DNA of 56,242 nucleotides from Chromera velia (lineage: Eukaryota), in contig JAHBMJ010000110.1 in assembly GCA_018398765.1 (NCBI GenBank), positions 1-56,242 of the forward strand, in the 5' to 3' direction. Both the position numbers and the translations under genes were made by a program. Of this stretch, positions 48,001 to 56,242 are shown piece by piece (the stretch's first letter is position 1; each line of letters opens with the position of its first letter). The notes beneath the pieces were generated by a model. It was not told where the DNA came from. It worked only from the letters and a program-made list of their open reading frames with translations, and made no database searches.

Positions 48001-49250
48001 GAAGGGGGAGGGGGGGACTGAGGAGGTCCAGTGTTCCTGAGCGGATGCATCACTCTCCCCCCCCCTTGTGCTCCCAGAACGAGTGGTGACTGCGTCACGC
48101 GACTCAGAGCCTCGAAGTGTGCACCCGTGGCCGCTGTGGGAGAGGGTGAGGGTGAGTGCGCCATCTGAGTCCATCCGGGCCCCGATCCCGTTTTGTTGTT
48201 GTGCATATGAGCGGATACAGAGGAAACGGGAGAGAAGACGCGCTCAGCAGAGGAGGCCCCGGGAGGAAGGGAACCGACTGAACGTCCGCTCTGTTGATGG
48301 AGAACAGCAAGAGGGGGGAAGCTGCCTGACGTTCCTGCTGCTGCTGCATGGCCCGCCGCACTAGGAGACGGCTGTGCGTGTTGGAGCACTTGAAGGGGGA
48401 CGTTGGGTGAGGTAGCAGAACGCGGAATTCTGACAGGTGGGACCACAACAGAGTGGGCTCCGTGGGGAGAGGCGAGGGGGTTTTGGGAGGAGCGGTGGAG
48501 AGGGTGAGGTGGCATGTGCTTCTTGTCGAAGGCTGCCAAAGAGGGCTCTTTGAACTGGGCCACCTGCACGCACATGGAAGGAATGACATGACTCAACTGC
48601 TTCTCGGTTGCTCCATCAAAACTGCCGCAGACATGTAAAATACTTCGCAGCAGGTTCATACAATGTTCCGACACTTGAGTCCTAGAATGTTCTTTCTGCG
48701 TTTTGAACACCCCCAGAGACCACAACGATCATCATCGACGCTGATTTACTTCCTCCCTCCCCCCCCCAACCATCTACGCCCTGACTCACATTAATGTTTC
48801 CGGTCTCCGAGACCTCCAATTCCTGCAGGTACTCCTCGAAGCAGAGCTGCACTTTCCGGTCACTCCGGATGAACGGGTCTCTCTGACGAATTGCCTGCAA
48901 TGGGAAGTGAAGTGCACTCACTCATTAGTCAATCAATACACGGATGGATAAAGAGAAGCAAGCAAGTCAGATAGATAACCCCCCACCGTGCAGAATGAAA
49001 TGAACGCGTCAACGAAGGACTAGGAGAGACGCTCACAATCTCTCAATACAAAACAAAGACATTCAAAAGAGACGGGCCAGACAACCATAGAAAGAAAGAG
49101 AATTGGGGACGGCATGTAGAAAGCAAAGAACCGACAGACAAACCTCCGATGCAGAGCACACTTGAAGGTCCATCGAGAGACGGACAGCCACCATCTCGTT
49201 CAGCACAACCCTGCATTGGATGATCGATCAGACAGGCAGACAGATACACA

Positions 49251-49294
<44 letters not shown>

Positions 49295-49786
49295 AGACTT
49301 CGCACAAATGACTCGCAACCATCCAATGAAACGCTGTCAAGTTGGTGCAGTCCCCCTTTTGTTTCATCGTCAAGTACTCTCACGCAACTATGAGTCTGTC
49401 TCTAACAGACTTTCACCCGCCTATCGTACATATGCAAACGAATTGATTCGTGTATGCATTTCGGTACACAATTATGCACACACAAATACGTGCTCACTGA
49501 CTTCATCAGTCCCACTTCGGCGTTCGTCTCCCCGTCCTCTTCGTTGCCTGAGCTGAAAAGCCCGAACCTCCCTAGCTTCACAGGACCTCCCCTTCTCTGC
49601 CTCTGAAGGAACTCCCTCTGCCTGTCCACCCGACAGAGCTTCGAGAGGATCGGAGTGGAGGTGTAGCAGTTGGCCAGCTTGAACCCGTGGATCTCCCCCT
49701 CGAAGTAGAAGAAGTTGATCGTGTTCGGCAACACCGCAGGCTGCATCAAGGACTCCCAGAGCATCAGACCCTCTCTGCAGAGTCAG

Positions 49787-49820
<34 letters not shown>

Positions 49821-52800
49821 TGCCTGTCGGAACAGAGGAAGCGAGTCAGATCGCAGGACACTTGATGGTTTTTTGCCGTCCCGGGGGCAGCGTGATAACC
49901 GAACCGGAGCAACATACAAAAAAAGGGAGCGCCTCCAGAACCGACAATCGACAAAGAGGAGGAAGAGCAGAACAAAGGAAGGGGGGTTTACCGAGAAAGC
50001 AAAAGAAATTACTCCACAAAAAAAATCCAGAACCGAGGACGATACAGCGACAAGCCACCAAACAAAAAGACAACACCGCACAAAAGAATGGTGCTGAAAA
50101 GAAACGGACCGAGGCGGCGCATACACATGTGACCACCGTCTCGTCTGGATGTCCCTGATCTTTCTGTCCCCCGCCTCTACCTCATCCACTAAAGGCCATC
50201 CAACACGGGGGCGTCGGAGAGGAGACGGGGACCTGTCTCTTCCTCCCCCTCCCTCTCCATTGTTGTTTGGGTGCACGCTGATCTGGGCAGCAGTGACCTG
50301 GTCGATGCGGCCTCCCGACCCCCCCCAACCTGTGAGCATCGTCCCGACCGGTCGCTTGGCGTGTCGGAAGGGGTTGTACAAGTCTGTGCGGGCATACTGA
50401 GGCGGCAGCTGCCCCGGGAGGCCTACCTTCACTCCGCTCTTCCTGCCGACATGACGAAGATCTTTATTTCGATGCGACTGCGTTTGCTTCCTCCCCCCTC
50501 CCGACCGCCGCGCTCCCACCCCCTGCTGGTGCATCTGTGGGAGTGCGTGTGCGTGCGCATGGTGATGGGGGGCATTTGAGTGGTGCAGATTTGCGGCGGA
50601 GGCAGACGCACTGGCCATGAGCCTTGAAGAGGGTGAGCCCTCGTCTCCCCTCTTTGCTTCCCTCCTCTGCTTCTGCTTCTGCAGCCTCTGAGTAATGATG
50701 TTGTAAATCTCATCCAGAGCACTTCCTCCTACAGGACCCTTCTGCTGTCTTTCAGACTCAGCTGCAAAAAAGGGCAAGAGAAGAAACAAATGAAGTCAAC
50801 ATTCAAGGAACGCACAACTGAGCGACTGACTGAGACTTGGAAGAGAGAGATCGTGAGTGAAGGGATGAAGGGGTTTCGCTCATTTTCCAGAAGACTGTAC
50901 GCCGTGGCCCATTCTCACACTTGCGTTTTCTCGGGGGCACTTTTTTCTGTTTGCCGGAACAACGACAGGACTCCAAAAATGAAGCACTGAAAAACGCAAA
51001 GCATGGGTATGCAGACAGACTATGTAAGGCAGAAGAGCTCATACAAAAGGAAGACTGATCCCAAAACACAAGTTTCAAAACAAAAACTAGGCAGCTTCTC
51101 GGTCCCCATGTATGGAACCAACAACAGGCGACACTGAAAACCGAGCAGCAATCGGAGATGCTCCGGAATCGCGGGGACACAACAGAATGACGCAAGCAAG
51201 CAAGCCGACCAACCTTCTGGAGCGGCCTCAGTCCTTGGGGGCGGGAAGAACCCTCCGCTTTCTGGTTGGGGGAGTGCGGCTGGTGACTGCGCAGGAGAGG
51301 CCAGACCGCTGACGCACGACTCAGGTGGAATGGGGGGCAGGCGGGGGTCCACTCGGTCTGCACACATCCATCCATCCATCCATCCATCCATCCATCCATC
51401 CATCCACAGATCCATGCATACATGCATATGTCCACACACAATGTCTTTTGCTCAACGACTCATTTCCTTCAAACTATGGATCAGCTGAATTTTCCACGAA
51501 CGCGGCCCACACGCCCACCCTTTTCGTCAACGTATTTTTTTCTCTTTTTGTGTACAAAAGGGGGGAGGCCTTTGACCTCGAAGGATCCAAGCAACAGACA
51601 CATGTCCGTTACGCCCTACCTCCTTCTTATCTCTGCGTTCATTCTGGAGCTATATGTCCGCTCGTTCACTCACTGGTTCTGGTGTCGGCCAATAAGTTTG
51701 ATTGGTAACTCACAAACACATAGAGACTTCCCGTCGCTCTGTAGGCAGTATTCATCGTCTCTCAAACCTCCAAAGGATTCGCTGCCTATTCATCTCTGTT
51801 CACGTCTCTTTCTCACTCACTCACTCACTCACTCATTCACCCACACTCATTCACCCACACCCACACACACACACACACACACACACAAAGAGAGAGAGAG
51901 AGAGAGAGAGAAAGAAAGAAAGAAAAGAAAGAAAGAAAAAGAAAGAAAGAAAGAAAGAAAGAAAGAAAAAAAGAAAGAAAGAAGGAAAGAAAGAAAGAAG
52001 GAAGGAAAGAAGGAAAGAAGGAAAGAAGGAAAGAAGGAAGGAAAGAAAGAAGGAAAGAAAGAAAGAAAGAAAGAAGGAAAGAAGGAAAGAAGGAAAGAAG
52101 GAAAGAAGGAGAGAAGGAAAGAAGGAAAGAAGGAAGGAAAGAAAGAAGGAAAGAAGGAAAGAGAAAGAGAAAGAGACTGACTGACATTCTCCCACTGCCC
52201 TGAGGGAGAAGGAGACAGAGCCCCCGTCCCCTTCCGCCTCCCCCCCCGGGAGGCCCGTAGGATCCACTGGTTGTTGCCGTTGCTCCGGGGGGTGGTTGTG
52301 TCTGACCACGGACTTGGGCGAACCTCCCGCTTCTGCTTCTGCCTCCTCGGATGGCTGCTGTGCGGAGGCGTCCTGGAGCCACGACAGCTGCTGAGTGTGT
52401 CCCCGGCTGGCGGCGAAGTGCGCGTCCTCGACGGGAGACCCGGTCCGTGGGCTCTCGTCTGGCGGGGATGCCGCTGCCGATTTGGCACTTCTACCGAGGG
52501 CCCCTCTGCTCTCGTCGTCCTCTCCCTGGCTGTCTTCCAGCTCTCTCCTGCTCCCCCCCTCCGTCTCCGTCTGCTGTTGCTGGGCCTGGCTGAGACTAAT
52601 CGTCAGAGCGGGGGCTCCAATGTCGAGTTCAGGGGGGGGGGATTCCGATCCGCAGAGAGGGGGGGCGCCTGGGGAGAGGTCCGAGCGATACTGCAGAGAG
52701 ATAGATAGAAAGAGAAAGACAGAATGAATGAAAGAAGGAAGGAAAGAAAGATAGACAGAAAGAAAGAAAGAAAGAAAGAAAAAAAGAAAGATGGAGAGAC

Positions 52801-52932
52801 AGACAGACAGAAAGAAAGATAGAAAGAAAGATAGAAAGAAAGAAAGACAGACAGACAGACAGACAGAGAGACAGACACAGACACAGACACAGACACAGAC
52901 ACAGACAGAAAGAAAGAAAGAAAGAAAGAAAG

Positions 52933-52977
<45 letters not shown>

Positions 52978-55900
52978 AAGATAGATAGAAAGAAAGAAAG
53001 AAAGAAAAAAAGAAAGGAGAAACAACAAGAACGCAACTCAAGCAGCCAAAGGGATGACGCCAGGTTTGAGAAAAATGAGCAGAGCCGAGCCAGCCTCTCT
53101 AAGTCACTCATTTGACGCCCGACGAGGAGCAATGACCAGAAGGGTTCAGACAGAACAGTGCGGAACACTGTACAGAAATCTACAAATTGAAAAGAAAAGA
53201 GAAAAAAAGAAAAAGACTGCAGCGTCTTCTATTCACTGTCTACCTGCCTGCCTGCCTGTTTGTGCACAAACTCCCCCAACTGACCGGATTGAATTGCCAG
53301 ACCTCTTTTCCGACCGTCCCTCCCGATCGTCCCCTTGTCATGGGGGGGCGAGTTGCCACAACGAGGGCGCTGTTGGTGTTGGCATGCGACGAGCTGGAGG
53401 GATTGCCGTCGGATCCCGCTGCTGGACCCTCAATGTACGCACCTGCTACCTCTATCGCTCTCTCCTCCCCCAAGTGTAGCCCTAGTTTGGGCACAAAGGA
53501 CCTCGAGATCGGCATACCTTCCAAGAGACGGTCGCCCTTGGCCGCACACTTCAGACACCAAATCGCACGCCGCTTCCACTCGACGGGAACTAGAGACGGT
53601 AGCGGACGGAAACGAGGGGGACCCCCCACACAGCACTTCCCGTTCTCGGCGTAGATGTGCATGACCATCCAGTTCATATAGAATCTGTCCGTGCAACACA
53701 GCACAGAGATGGGATGACTGCGTAGAGGATTCAACCATATTTTCCCCCCTCTGTCTCCACCATGCGAATGCCCCCCCTTTCTAGGAGAGAATGAGCTCTC
53801 TAGGGGGTCCAAAGGAGGGGACCCTGCTCTTAGCGCCTGCTGGCTGGCAGGAGAGGATATGTCAGAAGGGCATCTGGATGTGCGACTCGGTTGTTGATTG
53901 TCTTCTGCAAACAGACTCTGACCACTCCCCCTCAACCCATTCGCTCTCTGCAACAGTCCCTCGACTGCCATTCTTCCCCTGCTGCTGCTGTGGGCGGCTG
54001 CCAGATCAGCACTTGTCATCACTATCTGCGTGTGTGTGAGGTCTCCAATTACAGAGGGCGAGAGCGAACCTCCGGAGGGGATGGCTCGAAGAGGAAAGGG
54101 CCCAGAGGCCAGAGGCATGTGTGCGGGATTTCGCATTACCAGGGCTAAAGGGACCGAATGCAATGGTTCTGTCCGAACGGAGACGACGTCGGGTGCGAGA
54201 CATGAGTCGTTCAACCTCATTTTTGTCAATTCAACCAAAGAGCTACTCCCTGCCACGAAGACCCCTGTGCCTGCTGTCAACACCACCATCCCTTGGCCTG
54301 TGTGCCAGAGGAGTCTGTCAATGTGATTCGACTCAAAATTATCAAGCACAAGATTGACAGCCTCGAGAAGACAACCCTCAGCAGCAACTGTTGGTTCCCA
54401 ATTGTTCGCTTCATCCGAACTCCCCCCTCCCCGTCTCTGCCCCCCTCCCTGACGAGACGAAGGCCGTCTCTCTCCACCCGGGTGGGTCATGAGGAACTGG
54501 GGGGCCAGGAGGGGAGACAGGTTGGGATTATTGTGGGTGTGCGAAATTCCGCCATTCGGGCCATGCTCAGAACCCTCCTCGCATGCTACGCCTGTGGGGA
54601 TCGGAATTGGTGCAAAGCACGGACACTCCCATCCGATGGAAGCAGGGAAGGTCAGAAATTCTTGCTGCAGTCTTGCAAGCAGAGTCTCACTTGCAGCCAA
54701 CAGATTGGACAAATGCCCTTCCCACAAAATGTCATACCTGTCCTCATACTCCCACTCTACATCCTCCTCGGCTTCTGCCTGAGCTTTGGCAGCCTTGGAA
54801 CGTGCTTGCGCATCTCGTTCCTTCTTGCGCGCATTCCGAGCACCCGACCCGCCAAATCCCCCCCCCGCGTCACTTCCCCCCTTTCCGCTTCCAGGGCCCC
54901 CACAGGGATCGTCTCCGGACCTCATACGGAACATGGAAGAAGTAGGTGACCGCGCGGGGTTAGAGGAGCCGTCTCCTCTGACACTAGGCGTGCGCCTCCC
55001 CCCTCCCGGACCTCCGTACTCGTGGGCCGGGGGCCGCTTGCGTCTCTTCAGACGCGTGAAGGCAATCAAGGTGATGTAGTGGGTCTGCAAGCCCTTTTTG
55101 TACCTGTCAGTAATGACGAACGAACAGAAGGGCATACTGAGGTGAAAAGAAAAGAATGAACTCGAAGGAAGGAAGGAAGAGAGACTCGCCAATCGGAAGG
55201 GAGACGGTGAGCCTACATAGATGAGAGAGACTGCATGTCGATCGATCATCGTTTGATTGAGTACGGACGGATACCCACTCACTCACTCAGTTTAGAAACA
55301 GAACCGTCAAAAGAAAGGCTCTTCGCTCGCTTTGGGGGGAAGCAAAAGGACTTTCAGTGACACAGAGATCCTTTACTGAGCCTTCAGCAGACAGATAGAG
55401 AAAGGCAGGCATTTGATTGAGAACTGGGGGAAAAATGCCTGGTGACGCCAAAGCCCGAATCTTAGTCAGATAGATCCACTGACCGCTCAAGCAGTTCCCT
55501 GAGGAAATGAACCACCCGATCATAGTATGGAGTGCAGGCAGAAGAAAACCACCAGAGTTCCTGTGACAACTGAAGGAGAACGAAGATGTTTGTGCATTTC
55601 GACCGAAAAGTGAACTTCGTTTTTGCCGTCACTACACCGCTTTTTGACTCTACCAATACAAGAGGTACACCTGCACCAGAACCCCCCCCCTCCTTGTCCT
55701 TCTCCTTATCCCGATCTCTATTTCCCCCCAATGAACGTCCCCTCTTGTGTCCGCTCCCCTCGACTCCTTTCGACACCAAACTACGACCACCCGTGCGACC
55801 CTCTCTCTCTCCATCCCCTCCGCCCCCTTCCTCTACAACCTCACTAACTGGACTGGTCGCACCTCCGTTCTCCCCTTTCCTATTTGAATCCACCCGGTCC

Positions 55901-56242
55901 TCCCCATACTCCCCAGTTGCCTTCTCTTCAGGCACGACACTCAACGACGTGTATCCTAGTCCTACACCCACAGCCCCTCCTAGTGCAGTCTGACGAACAG
56001 GCGGGGGTCCCACACCAAGCGACCACCCAGGCACGCCCATACCTCCAGGACTCCGAAACGTGCCCCCCCCTCTGCCCCCCTTTCCCCTCCCCCGGCCCCT
56101 CAGACCCACTCCCCCCTCACCCCCTTCGGACACCGACGGACCCACAGTAACGGGTCCGAGACCTAGTTTTTCCGATGCAGCAACGGTGGACCCTTTCGCC
56201 TGGGCACCCGGGAACAGAAGCGCCGGGCCACCCCCCCCCCCC
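42075..56242 (-). CDS. DEPDC5: GATOR1 subunit DEPDC5/IML1 homologue, 5'-truncated (~3,300 aa within the window); exons >56242-55484, 55103-53285, 52690-52186, 51357-51214, 50761-50110, 49774-49498, 48894-48790, 48695-43561, 43063-42972, 42867-42773, 42428-42075
   Basis: Family motifs appear in the expected order: TKFTFRS...QLSQELWWF...[19 protein letters not shown]...IDR...[15 protein letters not shown]...LTKMRL...[37 protein letters not shown]...FRFSVEWL...FALVQLP. All ten introns are GT-AG and phase-consistent. Confidence 0.9.
46364..46471 (-). repeat. Coding tandem duplication, 54 bp x2 ([17 protein letters not shown])
   Basis: Near-identical copies start at 46364 and 46418. Confidence 0.95.
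51812..52180. repeat. Compound intronic microsatellite (ACTC, CA, GA, GAAA, GAAG)
   Basis: Directly visible; mostly pyrimidine-rich on the DEPDC5 sense strand. Confidence 0.95.
52697..53020. repeat. Compound intronic microsatellite (GAAA, GACA, GACACA)
   Basis: Directly visible; abuts the acceptor at 52691 on the minus strand. Confidence 0.95.

Noticed and set aside
51422..53168. KKER- and SFFL-rich ORFs
   Set aside because: Intronic repeats of DEPDC5; only 52690-52186 is exon.

Overview
Eukaryotic nuclear DNA with spliceosomal GT-AG introns full of microsatellites and very long low-complexity exons. Intron style, frequent TGCATGCA words, and RAP-like and AP2-like domains suggest a chromerid/apicomplexan-related alveolate such as Chromera velia (inference, not verified). 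By checking splice phases by hand I can support seven protein-coding genes: a partial RAP-like gene (+), an intronless F-box-like gene (-), a ~4,700-aa WD40-containing giant (+, one apparent assembly frameshift), an AT-hook/possible AP2-like gene (-), a divergent cyclin with several frame breaks (-), a histidine phosphatase/PGM-like gene (+), and a greatly expanded, 5'-truncated DEPDC5/IML1 (GATOR1) homologue (-). Four sharply bounded AT/TpA-rich islands lie downstream of gene 3' ends. The most unusual signals are the cyclin frame breaks (tiny introns, decay or recoding), two duplicated splice-site cassettes, microsatellites continuous with splice signals, the AT-rich islands, and a tandem palindrome in a bidirectional promoter. 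I recognised no RNA genes, CRISPR arrays or transposases. Most short ORFs in the track are antisense or microsatellite artefacts.
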